NCBI GenBank assembly: GCA_964016885.1
Contig: OZ024740.1
Span: forward strand, 300,080,001-300,144,000
Direction of reading: 5' to 3'
Source: Eledone cirrhosa
Taxonomy: Eukaryota
DNA length: 64,000 nt
Shown here: positions 1 to 11,915 of the stretch, in pieces
Numbering within the stretch: position 1 is the stretch's first letter
How the letters are laid out: each line of letters begins with the position of its first letter
The notes under the pieces: generated by a model
Told to the model about the DNA's origin: nothing
Seen by the model: only the letters and a program-made list of their open reading frames with translations
Database searches by the model: none
Program-made: the position numbers and the translations under genes

Positions 1-720
1 CGCTTAAACTCGATATGCTGGATGCTCACATGGAATAAATTCAAGGACAATATGGGCTCCTACTCAGAAGAACAAGGCGAACGATTCCACCAAGATGTGA
101 AAGAGATAGAGCGGAGGTACCAGGCCCACTACAATGAAAAACATGATGGGGGACTATATCTGAGGGCTAGTGCGGGAATGCGACCTGGACTACAACCACA
201 AATCCAGGAAATCCAGTCATTTCTGACGTGTATAAGTTGCTTTATAAGTGTTATTTGTTTTTAATAGTTTGCTTTTGATAAGGTTGTGTAATAAAATAAA
301 TATATACTCTGTTGATTTAATTATATGTACTGATAAAATATTTTTAAATGTGTTTTTTCTTGAAAAATATGAAAATTTCGAAATATCAAACTCCCGACCA
401 CAAACCCAATCTTCTGATTAAATAATAATGTTTTTTTTTAAATAATTGTTTCTACTTTAGGCACAAGGCCAGCAATTATCCAGTTCATTACTGGTACTTT
501 ATTTTATCGACCCCGTAAGGATGAAAGGCAAAGTTAACCTCGGCGGGATTTGAACTCAGATCGTAAAGGGACGTAACTATGCTGGAAAGCATGGCGTCCA
601 ACCCTCTACCGATACTGCCAATCCACCGCCCTTTTTTATAAATAATAATGGGATATAACAAATAACAAACCACGAACTGACACTTTGAACCGGGGAACAA
701 AAAAAATATGTTACACGGTG
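1..720 (+). mobile_element. 3' part of a degenerate Chapaev3-like (CMC) DNA transposon with right terminus
   Basis: Translation contains KFKDNMGSYSEEQGERFHQDVKEIERRYQ, then (frameshift) MMGDYI. This resembles the C-terminal SxExGERFHQD..E.RYQ...MM.DY motif I recall from Chapaev3 transposases. Ends in ATGTTACACGGTG at 720 (reverse complement starts CAC, as Chapaev3 termini do). Interrupted by a SINE. Confidence 0.55.
442..630 (-). mobile_element. tRNA-derived SINE (octopod-type family 1) with 12-bp target-site duplication
   Basis: Minus strand has A-box-like TGGCAGTATCGG, B-box GAGTTCAAATCC and core TTTGCCTTTCATCCTTACGGGGTCGATAAAATAAAGTACCAGT. TAAATAATAATG flanks it at 419-430 and 639-650. 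Multiple near-identical copies occur in the window. Confidence 0.85.
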
Positions 721-1374
721 TTATCGTAAGTAAACATTTCGGAAACTTAGGTAAGCAACTTAAATATATATCAGGCGATAATTAAGAATATCTGAATTAA
801 TGTTTTTTAATGGTGGATAGTTTATGTTACTTTATCATGTATCTTATTCTTTTGTACGATTTACTGGAGTCCACATTACATGCAAACTGGGTTATTCTAC
901 ACAATGAGACAAATACAGAGTTATTACAGTGAAGAAAAAAGGGGTTTAGTTTATATAGATGTTTATCTGTGAATTGATTCAACACGAAAAAAGCATATTT
1001 TACAACTGGAATACGCTGAGGTTACACACTGTTCAAGCAATTACACTTGAAATAAAATCGACAAATCTAGGAATACTAAAATGAATACGAAAACGAATGT
1101 ATAGAATACAAAATAAAATACATATAGAAACAAAGAGACATACAAATACAAACACCGACAAATGTATACGTACGTATTAATATAAACTTATTTACAAAAC
1201 AGGCATATACGTGGAAATGGTGTAGATTCACATAATCTGGCAAGAATATCGTAAACGATTAAAAAAATACATAATTACAGAAAATGAATAAGCAGAGAAT
1301 TTCGTTGTAAGTGTGATATAACTAATAGTAAAATGGTGATAATAATAATTTTAAAAAAATGATATGGAAACGAT

Positions 1375-1475
1375 CAGGCGGTATATTGCAGAATCGTTAA
1401 AGCGGCGGTATTCATCCAGGCTCTCAGCTCCCTGACTCCAAATCCTTCTGAGGTCAAATTTGCCTTTCATGTGTT
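1375..1475 (+). mobile_element. Old diverged SINE family 1 fragment
   Basis: CAAATCCTTCTGAGGTCAAATTTGCCTTTCAT aligns to the SINE core. Confidence 0.5.
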
Positions 1476-1906
1476 CAAATTCAACATTCGAAATACTAGT
1501 CCTGTACTGTAATTGTTTTTTTCTTCTGCCCACCCCTCACTCTCTCTCTCTCTATCATTCTCTCTCTCGCTCTCTCTTTCTGTACCTATCTATCCATCTA
1601 TCTATCTTCATACATGGAGTAGAATGTGTTCTGTCAACATAACATGCAAATGACATATATGTATCTACATAATTAAGGTAACTTCGACTAAATATTGAAT
1701 TAAGGGACGATGACATAAAACCAAGTAAGCCGATTTCGTAGATTGAAAAACTGAAACACATTTTTCACTAAATAATAGGTTTTATTTGCGTATACCTTTA
1801 CGGTATGTACATGCGATCGTGTGTATGTGTGGTTATCCGTGTGTGTGTATCTGCATGTGTATTTCTACACACTCGCGTGTATGTCGACGCTTGTCACTAG
1901 TTTTAT

Positions 1907-2054
1907 CCGTGCGGGGATCGAACCGGAAGAGTTGGAGACGGTGAGTTTGAAGGAGTGTTTGAAGCCTCTAACCCTACCAGATTCTCAGGAAGAAGAAGAA
2001 GAAGAAGAAGAAGAAGAAGAAGAAGAAGAAGAAGAAGAAGAAGAAGAAGAAGAA
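1907..2054 (+). mobile_element. 5'-truncated RTE-clade LINE 3' end with (GAA)n tail
   Basis: RAGIEPEELETV..LKECLKPL resembles RLGIQSDQLETG..RLKE*LKTL at the 3' end of the RTE copy at ~25320. Both end in (GAA)n (1989-2054 here). Confidence 0.6.
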
Positions 2055-2172
2055 CATATAAGTGTGTGAAGGGTAATGGTAAATGGTAAGGATAATGACA
2101 TTTGATTTCGAATGAATCTAGCATTTTCACTTAGAATGCTCCTCCACCAAGTAAATATATATATATATATAT

Positions 2173-2359
2173 AGATGAGATTCTACAGGACTAGAACTGA
2201 TTCATTCTTTAGAAATCATCAGGAATCTGATTCCTGATGATTTCTAAAGAATTAAACAGTTCTAGGCCTGTAGAATCTCATCTATATTAAAACTTTTATA
2301 CTCTGCTATGTATTGAGTACCTTATTTACTGTGGTTACCTCCGATTCAACCCGGAATAA

Positions 2360-2362
<3 letters not shown>
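2173..2362. mobile_element. Fold-back mini-element (family A) derived from a PLE 3' end, carrying two head-to-head mutated HHRs
   Basis: Near-perfect palindrome centred at 2228 (HHR minus 2179-2227 with GAAT instead of GAAA; HHR plus 2229-2277 with TAAA). The tail matches 41955-42040. Flanked by (TA)n and (CA)n. Confidence 0.85.
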
Positions 2363-2440
<78 letters not shown>

Positions 2441-2699
2441 GATATAGGATTATCCAAGATGTAGTAATGGTTAATTACTACACTGGATATGGTTGACGTA
2501 CGGTGAGAGGTTACTCTACGAGTTATGGAAGAATTGTTGAAGAAACTTAGTTCCTGATCCTTCTGTATTCCGGAGTGTATATAAAGAATGAATAATAACA
2601 GGTAGTCATCATAAAAAGGTAATTTATTCCGTGTGCTTACAAATGTTTCCACGGTGGTACTACAGCCTAGTTATGCTATGTGCAAATTTACAACTACCA

Positions 2700-3532
2700 G
2701 ACATACTAGAATAGAATACTAATAATAGAAAATCACCACCAAATAAATCACACTGTAGAAAGTATATCTGGTACAATCCTATTTTTAATGCCTCGATTAG
2801 TACAAAACTATCTCTTTCATTCTTTAAGTTAATCAACAAACATTTCCCTAGTTCCCATAAATACAGCAAAATTCTGAACTCTAAAACTATTAGACTATCA
2901 TACTCCACGGCACCAAACCTTGAAGTATACATAAAAAACTTAACTCAAGGCAATTAAACAACTCTACAAAACAAAACATTTTAGTAACAGATGGGCCAAA
3001 CGTAATATCTGCCTCCCAACCACTAAATGGGAGACGGGTATTACACAATCCACCTGCACTGCTATCACAACCTATCCATGGTATACCCGCTACCCACAAC
3101 AAAGAATGTAACTGCCATCTACCTGAAAGATGTCCATTGAAGAATGAATGCCTAAAGTCCAACATTGTTTACCAATGCACGGTTGAATCGAATGACCAGA
3201 AATGGTATTATATCGGATCTACCACCAACTCGTTTAAATCTCGCTGGTACCGTCATCGATTCTCAATCAAACATCCTAATCACCGTTTTGTGACCACGCT
3301 CGCCAACAAGACCTGGCAACTCCGTGAACGCAACCAACAGTTCACCTTAAAATGGTATATACTTTCCAGCGCAAGTGCATATCGGAGTGGATTGAAGTAC
3401 TGTAGGTTATGTAATCTTGAACTCTTTTACATATTAAAATCCCAAAACAAACTACTTAACGATAGAATTGAACGATCATTATACTGCAACCACAAACTAA
3501 AAGCTAAATTCTCTCACTATAAAATAACTTAA
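2700..3532 (+). pseudogene. PLE linker plus GIY-YIG endonuclease (one frameshift near 2935)
   Basis: IWYNPIF, KHFP..HKYSKI, LSYS, CNCHLPERCPLKNEC, VYQC..WYYIGSTTNSFKSRWYRH, CRLCNLE, LLNDR..CNH motifs. Confidence 0.9.
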
Positions 3533-4023
3533 CATTCGAACCCGTAACTATAACATCGCTTTCTAGCTAAACACCTTCTCTTCCCCCACACTACAAGACA
3601 ATACACTGCTTATCACTATAAATGGTAACTCAGTGCAATTCACAGATTACTACTACAAACCCAAAGTTCACTCACCACATAAACTTCGTCTGTCCCCTCT
3701 CTACCCCTCTCTCTACATCCATTACACTCTCTCTCTCTCTCGCCTTTGGCCTACCTCCCTCTCCACATCTATGAACCTGCCCTCTGGGGCAATAAATAAT
3801 TCCGACCTTAACTATCAACGCATCTCTCCAAAAGTAACCAGTATAATAAAACCTCTACCATAACATTTTGATTAAGATATCTACAAACCACTCTCTCCTA
3901 CTTCTCCAACCCCTGCATATCTTTCTATCTCTCTCCCTCTCCCCTACTTTTCTCTCTTCCTTTTCTACTCTATCTTCCCCAACAACCCCACTTAAGGGTA
4001 TTTACATGTACATTTTACCATTC

Positions 4024-4135
4024 TACTCTGAGGATACAGTCGTCACAGCATTGGATATTTGAGTTCTGCAAATAGTTGTAAATTTGCACATAGCATAACT
4101 AGGCTGTTGTACCACCGTGGAAACATTTGTAAGCA
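4024..4135 (+). ncRNA. Candidate type-I hammerhead with very long stem II at PLE 3' end
   Basis: CTGAGGA at 4028, GAAA-CATTTG-TA at 4120-4131, imperfect stem I TACT/AGCA, followed by AATAAA. Stem II pairing is loose. Confidence 0.45.
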
Positions 4136-4182
4136 CACGGAATAAATTACCTTTTTATGATGTCTACCTGTTATTATTCATT

Positions 4183-4244
<62 letters not shown>

Positions 4245-4258
4245 GTCCAAGTTAGTTT

Positions 4259-4340
4259 GTTTCCTGATGATTTCGAAGCTCGTGAATTTATCCTTGATCG
4301 GATATTTCCAAAATCGAATGAAATCCCATGGGGTAGAAAC
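4259..4340 (+). ncRNA. Type-I hammerhead ribozyme
   Basis: Stem I GTTTC/GAAAC, CTGATGA, stem II TTCGA...TCGAA with long insert, GAAA-TCCCATGGGG-TA (palindromic CCCATGGG). Predicted cleavage after GUA 4335. Confidence 0.8.
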
Positions 4341-4646
4341 GTAATTTTGGTATGTTTATATACATTTTTTGTTCTAACTTTGATTTTATACCTAATTGTG
4401 TATGGTTGACGATATATTTAATCGATTTCCACGTGCTATTAGAAATGGTGGGTAAATATTCTATAGCTGTTGATCGCGAATAGACAGCTGTCGTTTATTT
4501 ATCTATTATTTCTTCATAGGTGTCTTTCAATCTTATAGTCTTGTTTAATTGTTTTTTGTGTGGTTGATTATGCAGACTGGGAGAGGAAATAATGTATATA
4601 TTTTATTAAATGATTCTATGGACATACTTTATTGTATATATATATG

Positions 4647-4705
<59 letters not shown>

Positions 4706-5809
4706 GTATGTGTGCGTTGCTTGAGTGCGTGTATATTTCCCTGTGTGTGTATTTCTGTTTGCATTTGTGAGTGCGTATATAGTGCTTGCGGGTGTGTTAA
4801 TGAGAAATTATATATTCCAGTATCAATGAATCAGTATGTTTAAATCATGTGGTGCCCATGACGTTACCAATGACCTTATGCGTGGAACCCGAAAAAGGGT
4901 TAATATATCGGTTATAATACTCTACTCGGCCCATATTTGTGTGAGCTTATTTGGTTCCTGTGATATTTTTCTGTTCCCAAAAGGATGCATACAAAAGAGA
5001 TTATGTCGGTATTTTCTCTTAAAAGAAAAAGCCATGCCACTAAATACATGAATATTTCTGTCAGATTCTTTAGAAATCCTACCAACCTAATATTTCCCCT
5101 TAGAAATATATGTGACAAAGTTCTATGTTGCAGGAAATGAAATAGGATGTTGTGATATTCTCACGTGATACGGTATGGGCATTAGTGATATATAATACGT
5201 GCAAAACGTAATATAGGATTCCTATTCTGGTATTTACTTTCCAAAATGGTGGTTTCAGATTAATTAAGGATTCCTGACGTTGGCATAGGAACAAAGAATG
5301 TTGTATCTTTCATGTGAATCCCAATTACTTTTAGGCATTGAGTTGAATTAATTATTGATAACAGTACAGCCTTTAGCAGCAATCATTAGTGTCACTGTTC
5401 TGGTTGTTGATAGTGGTGGCTTTGTTGCTGTTTTTACTGCTAGATCAGCTGCTGTCGTTACAGTCTTCCTGATAATAATATAGCTGACATATTGTGTAGC
5501 TCCGAACAGAGAGATTTTCAACATTACACAGTATTCATTGCTTCACACATTTCCGAAGTGATTACATCTCCGCCAAGTTAGCTTTGAGGTAGTGATATGA
5601 ATACTCAGCAATATCACAAACATTTGAAGAATCAATAATAACATTGATCTCTAGAAGTGTCTATGATGGACGGTTGCGAATAAGAAACAATTTTAAAGAA
5701 AGTAGCGTTTCTTAGAATAATGAATGTTTCATGAACAGATGGGTCCTATAATAGAAAACATCTATTATACTCAGTGTGTCAGTATTAATAATGAGGACGG
5801 AGAATATTA

Positions 5810-5890
<81 letters not shown>

Positions 5891-6033
5891 CTTTGGGAGG
5901 GTTATGTTACCAATAAGAAACACACGCACCAGTTGCTTTTACTTCAATTTATTATAATAAATTTATAAATTTAGGAATTTATAAATTTCCGCTTGGTTGG
6001 TTGGTTCCACAACCAGATGGTTGTTTATACATT

Positions 6034-6076
6034 GTCGAAGTTCTTTCGTCACACATTCTGTGACCTCTTCAGTGAC
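6034..6076 (-). ncRNA. Minimal type-I hammerhead ribozyme
   Basis: Minus strand reads GTCA-CTGAAGA-G-GTCACA-GAATG-TGTGAC-GAAA-GAAC-TT-CGAC. The paralog at ~45171-45193 has TGAC, which restores stem I. Confidence 0.7.
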
Positions 6077-6239
6077 TGGCGATTCTTTTCTTTGTTTTTG
6101 TGCCTCTCTTTTGTTCTGTCCTACGCCATCTTGTTTCTGTGTGTGTGTTGTGGCAACATGACACTCCCAAAGTATAACAATATCGGTTTCAACACACGTT
6201 TTCAGATAAAGAATCTTGCTAAACAAATTCAGAAACGAA

Positions 6240-6281
<42 letters not shown>

Positions 6282-6283
<2 letters not shown>

Positions 6284-7777
6284 TTGAAGAACTGGATATT
6301 GAGACAGAGCCCTTCACCAGAGAGGGGCTTCAGAGAGCCAAGAAGAAGATCAAGGAGGGCAAGGCTAATGGAGAAGATAGAGTGAGATCAGAGGTGATGA
6401 AGAGGTGTGATTTTGATGATATCATCCTGGGGTTATGTAACCAGGCACTGGAGAAAGGAGTTGCCCCGAATCAGGGAGGATCAGTAACATCGTCCCAGTG
6501 CCAAATAAGGGAGATTTCTCTAACACTAACAACTACAGGGGGATCCCGCTGACGTCACTTGTGGCAAAGACCCTCAACAGGATGATTCTTAACAGGATCC
6601 AGCCTGAGATAGAGAAGAAGCTCAGGGACAACCAGAACGGCTTCAGAGAGGATAGATCAACCACCAGTCACATTCTAATGCTGACGAGGATATTAGAGGG
6701 AACTAGAGCTAAGTGCCTTCCTGCGGTCATGGTTTTCATTGACTTTAGGAAGGCCATTTTCTGTGGACCGTCACTGCCTAATGAAGATCTTACAGGCTTA
6801 TGGAATCCTCAAGAAGATAGTGGACCTGATATCACTGCTCTACACCAACACCAAAGCCTGATTGGATGACAGAGTTCTTTGAGATACTGGCTGGAGTGCT
6901 CCAGGGAGATAAATTGGCTCCCTAACCTTTTATCATGGTAGTGGACTATTGTATGCGCCTTGCACTGGAGAAACACCAGGACTCTGGCTTTACTGTAGCA
7001 CCGGCTCAGGGCAGGAGAGTTAAGGCGACAAAGGTATCGGATACTGAATTTGCCGACGACATAATTTTGGTGACAAATACAGTGAAGGAGGCAGATGATT
7101 TGATGCAGGGGGTTGATACTGTGCTGATGAGTGTGGGGCTGAGAATGAATGAGACTAAAACAAATTTCTGGTAGAGAGTGTTGAGAAGCCAGAGGGGGTC
7201 ACTAATGTAGGCAGGAAGCCGCTAGAATTGGTTGTGGACTTTCTGTATTTTGGAGCAAAGTTTGGGAATAGGGTAGATGATGTGGTTGAGAGGAAGTGCA
7301 AAGCCTGGGCGGCGTGCCACAGCTTGAGAACGGTGTGGAAATCGGAACTTCGTAAAGACCTGAAAATCCGCCTCTTTATTGCTATAGTGGAGTCTGTGCT
7401 GCTGTACGGGTCTTAGACTTTGACACTGACCAAGAAAATCAGTCAGATGGTGGATGGATGCTACACGAGAATGCTGAGCATGGCTCTGAACATTAATAAG
7501 TATGGGATCCTCACCAAAAGTCAACTCAAAAGTGACACAGAGGAACTGAGGTTAGCTGGACATTCTCACGATATCCAGAGTTGACATTGCACTCAGTGCT
7601 CCTGTGGGAGCCCCTGCATGGACACACTGGAAGAGGAAGATCAAGGTTAACGTATGTTGATGCCCTAAGGACAGACACTGGTCTCTTGGAGACGCAGGAC
7701 ATGGCAGCAATAATGAGGGACAGAGACCGCTGGAGAGAACTCGTCCATTGATCTCGGGAATGTTACCCGCCCTGGAA
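6282..7777 (+). mobile_element. 5'-truncated RTE-clade LINE; reverse transcriptase pseudogene
   Basis: NYRGIPLTSLVAKTLNRMIL, QNGFREDRST, FIDFRKA, GVLQGDKLAP, EFADDIILV, DFLYFG, ESVLLYGS motifs with frameshifts and stops. Flanked by (TG)n and (TA)n. Confidence 0.92.
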
Positions 7778-8015
7778 ATATATATATATATATATATATA
7801 TGCAGAGGTTATATTTAATTTAAAAAAATTTTAAATTTAAAAATAAGTGCCGTACTAAGAGTGAGAAATGAAATTTCGTTTTCATTTTATTACAACTTAT
7901 CGTTTTCGGTACGCCTGGCCGAACTCACTCGATATGCAAATTAGGCTGCTCAGCCGTTAATTTTCATAAGGAAAGTATATACTTTCGAACGCTCAACCAT
8001 CTGGCAGAAGGGTAT

Positions 8016-8058
8016 ACGGTGCTGATGATAGCTAACAAGCTTGAAACTAGTACATCGT
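8016..8058 (+). ncRNA. Minimal type-I hammerhead ribozyme (copy 1)
   Basis: ACGGTG-CTGATGA-T-AGCT-AACA-AGCT-T-GAAA-CTAG-TA-CATCGT: 6-bp stem I, palindromic CTAG in place of stem III, GUA site. Confidence 0.88.
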
Positions 8059-8209
8059 TCCTGTGTCAGTGTTGAACAAAAAGGTGACGTGGTTGCCTTA
8101 AAACCGTACGGCATAAATTCAGGCTGTTCAGTTTGTTTACAAACGAACAAAGCGGGCGTTATAATAAACGTTCGCTAAACTGATACGTACATATATGTAT
8201 GTGTACCTG

Positions 8210-8285
<76 letters not shown>

Positions 8286-8517
8286 TGCTACTGTACGTCT
8301 GTATACATATATGTATGTACGTATACATACATACTTACATTTAAGTAAGTGCCGTACTAAGAGTGAGAAATGAAATTTCGTTTTCATTTTATTACAACTT
8401 ATCGTTTTCGGTACGCCTGGCCGAACTCACTCGATATGCAAATTAGGCTGCTCAGCCGTTAATTTTCATAAGGAAAGTATATACTTTCGAACGTTCAACC
8501 ATCTGGCAGAAGGGTAT

Positions 8518-8560
8518 ACGGTGCTGATGATAGCTAACAAGCTTGAAACTAGTACATCGT
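8518..8560 (+). ncRNA. Minimal type-I hammerhead ribozyme (copy 2, identical)
   Basis: Same 43-nt sequence as 8016-8058. Confidence 0.88.
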
Positions 8561-8715
8561 TCCTGTGTCAGTGTTGAACAAAAAGGTGACGTGGTTGCCT
8601 TAACACCGTATGGCATAAATTCAGGCTGTTCAGTTTGTTTACAAACGAACAAAGCGGGCGTTATAATAAGCGTTCGCTAAACTGATACGTACATATATGT
8701 ATGTGTACCTGTATG

Positions 8716-8753
<38 letters not shown>

Positions 8754-8810
8754 TGCTACTGTACGTCTGTATACATATATGTATGTACGTATACATACAT
8801 ACATACTTAC

Positions 8811-8860
<50 letters not shown>

Positions 8861-8886
8861 TTATACATCTATATATGTATATACAT

Positions 8887-9065
8887 ATAACTGTTTCTAC
8901 TTTTGGCACAAGGCCAGCAATTACTCCAGTGCATTACTGGTACTTTATTTTATCGACCCCCGTAAGGATAAAAGTCAAAGTTAAACTCGGCCGGATTTAA
9001 ACTGAGACCGTAAAGGGCCGTAACTCTATCCTGCAAAGCATGTTGTCTGACTCTCTACTGATACT
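8887..9065 (-). mobile_element. SINE family 1 copy
   Basis: Aligns to 442-630. Confidence 0.85.
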
Positions 9066-10380
9066 CAGATAATGTTTGTTATACATTGGTATCGTCAAAC
9101 CACCAACAGACAAACCTGCCCTAGTTGAGTTTAAAGTTGGCTTTATTATTAGTCAGGTAAGAAGGGCAGTGGATTGGAAGTATTACATTGCCTGTATACT
9201 TTTCATTTTCGTTTTGCATTAGTTACACCGATTTTTATTCTGTTGCTGTGTATTAATGAACGCTCGTGTATATATGTATTCTTGTGTTTATTCCCTGACC
9301 AGTGATTCTTTCCTTAGACATGCTAACCAACTGCCCATATTATCGGAGCTGTGATCATTTAATTCCGTGAAGTAGCAATTCTAACTGTAGTGATTCTTTG
9401 ATATCCTAGCTAAGCACTCTATCGAGTAACCTTACTCAAACTTCACCAATAAAGATAATCGCATTTGCTAATTAGTTGAATGATAAGGCAACATTCTTAT
9501 GTTGCATACGTATTTATGTATGTCCGTAGATTCAATTCTGAGTTTAAAACATGCTCCCCTAAAATATATATTTCATTGTTCCGTGATAGATAAAATGATG
9601 TATCAAAAGTGGTGTACATTAAATACTAATATATTACACACTAGTTGAAAAAGGAATAAAAACATAAAACTATGAAAACCTCAAAATAAATCTTCAACGT
9701 TTAATGTCAAAATAATTTGACTTCCATGGTGCAAATCAAGGAGATGATATAGGGTGTACAGTGGAAGATAGTTTACGAAATGTTTCGCACGTGTATATTT
9801 TATTCATTTATTAAAATCCAATTAAACCGACTAGCCAACTCTCTTTAACACGGGATCATACATTTAATGAAGGTAAGGAGAAAGAGTTGCAACCCAAGTA
9901 AGTGGGTCGGTATCTGTTATGTATTTGAAAAAAATGAATAAGTAATGAAGACGCTTTTACATTGTTTTTTTCGGGAAGCATGAAAGGAGAATACAGCACA
10001 TTTATTTAGAAATAATTTCAGTCATAAAATATACTGAATGAAATGTTCATAAATACACATTTTATATTGCAGCATAATGTTGCACAAAATGTTTCAATAT
10101 GAAAGACAAAATATTTCTATATTAGAAATAAAATGTGTCTATTTGAGTGTGAAATATGTTTACATGGGAAATATCCAAGCGTTTTAGGCGTTTTATTGGC
10201 TTGCACTGGGATGCAGGATGATTATTTGTTTAAGAGATACATTTTAGATTCGCACTCCCAGATTTTTCTATGTGATTTTTCCACCCTTTTTAAAGTTATA
10301 TACCTTTTATTTATTCGCGCGGCATTCTTGTATCCTCACATTAGAGTTTCAATATTATATTTGATGTATAATAAAAACCC

Positions 10381-10565
10381 GTGGATTGGCAGTATCGGTA
10401 GAGAGTCGAACGCCATACTATCCAGCATAGTTACGTCCCTTTACGGTCTGAGTTCAAATCCCGCCGAGGTTCACTTTGCCTTTCATCCTTACGGGGTCGA
10501 TAAAATAAAGTGCCAGTAATGTATTGGGTAATTGCTGGCCTTGTGCCAAAAGTAGAAACAATTAT
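10381..10565 (+). mobile_element. SINE family 1 copy
   Basis: Full A/B box head and core, aligns to other copies. Confidence 0.88.
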
Positions 10566-10809
10566 ATTTGATGTGTAATATAAATGGCAATACATGTATG
10601 ATGACTTTAATAGAGACTTAGAGGAAAACTAATAAAATGTTTTTTCCTTGTCTATATGTAGAATGTGAGAGGTATTAGGATTATGTCCGTAACTGGGTTG
10701 AGTTGTTTTGTTTCTCCACATATATAAATGCGGATTTTCACGGTGTCAATCGAACCAAACAATCTTACGTGTTTTGGAGAGCCTGTAATGGCCATGGAAG
10801 CTCACACTC

Positions 10810-11120
10810 CTCCCAAAACGGCCTGGTGGTAGAAATAGAATGCAACAATAGAAGAGTGAATTTCTTAGACGTGACATTAGAATTAGACATAGGCTTGTAC
10901 CGACCGTACCGTAGACCTAATGAGAACTTAAAGTATGTTAATAGACACTTCACCCACCATAGGAACATTATTAACTCGCTAGTTAAGAGTGTTTATAACA
11001 GAGTGTCCACCCTGTCAGCTAATAGGTCTATCTTCAACCAGCATTCAGAATACTATACCTCCACACTAGAAAAGGTGGATATAAAGATAAGATCACATAC
11101 AACGACCAAACCAGCAACAT
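10810..11120 (+). pseudogene. PLE reverse transcriptase thumb fragment
   Basis: VNFLDVTLELDIGLYRPYRRPNENLKYVN...NRVSTLSAN is homologous to 40850-41060. Confidence 0.8.
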
Positions 11121-11649
11121 AACGTTGCACAGTCAAATTTGGTTTTGACGTTGCTTGCAAATTAATAAACAAAATGTGTGTGTCAATATTGTGTAGCAAA
11201 ATGAAAGGAGTGAAAAAGAGAAATGTCACCATTAAAATATGATAATTTAACCGTAATGATCTACACATTTCTTATTTTTGCTTAGATCTACGTGGGCCCC
11301 GTTGGATCAAGCGTTCAATGGAAAGATTAATAGCCGTTAAAAAAAGTCTAAAGACCGAAGGCTCAACGAGCCGATGCGAATTCCTGTTTCCGTGACGTTA
11401 GGCGATGAGGTTCTAAGGATCTCCTAGAGAGGACGCCAGCTTCTTACAGGGTTAAACCCCAACTACTACCCCCTTTATTTAGACGTAACTTATCTATGAT
11501 TATATTGTAACGCGTCTAAGCTTAAAAAAAACAAAACAAGATATATTCGCTGCTATTTAGGTATTTAATTGCTTTTGTCTTTTTTGGATTTTAATTATCA
11601 CATTTTCCAAGATAAATATATATATATGTAAGATACACACACACACACG

Positions 11650-11737
<88 letters not shown>

Positions 11738-11837
11738 TATTGAAATTTCCGTTGGAAACAGAAAAGGTCATAGAAATGAAGAGTGCTCTATGTAAGTATC
11801 AGAGCAAAATTTAATGTATAAAAATCAATACAATATA

Positions 11838-11915
11838 ATTACCTCATTACCAGAGGTTTCCCGAATGAGGCGAATACGAAATAAACGACTTCATTCGTTC
11901 GTCAGACGAGGCAAT
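11838..11915 (-). ncRNA. Type-I hammerhead ribozyme
   Basis: Minus strand: ATTGCCTCGT-CTGACGA-A-CGAATGA...TCATTCG-G-GAAA-CCTCTGG-TA-ATGAGGTAAT. 10-bp stem I, 7-bp stem II, GUA site, about 100 nt before (TA)n at 11735. Confidence 0.88.

Larger units (their letters stand above)
2576..4190 (+). mobile_element. 5'-truncated Penelope-like element (Naiad-like) with ~115-bp inverted copy of its 3' end at the 5' side
   Basis: Coding relic 2700-3532. Segment 2576-2696 is the reverse complement of 4073-4190. Pyrimidine-rich 3' UTR, ends at (TA)n. Confidence 0.85.
7844..8813 (+). repeat. Tandem repeat of ~502-bp period (about two units) with one hammerhead per unit; retrozyme-like
   Basis: 7844-8345 and 8346-8813 are nearly identical. 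An internal (TA)n tract varies in length. A separate junction-spanning fragment lies at 15935-16033. Confidence 0.9.

Noticed and set aside
442-630. A/B boxes as a tRNA gene
   Set aside because: No cloverleaf; multi-copy with a shared 3' body and TSD, so it is a SINE.
6172-6210. Minus-strand CTGAAAA...GAAA-CCGATATTG-TT as a second HHR
   Set aside because: G8 is missing, and stems I and II are weak.
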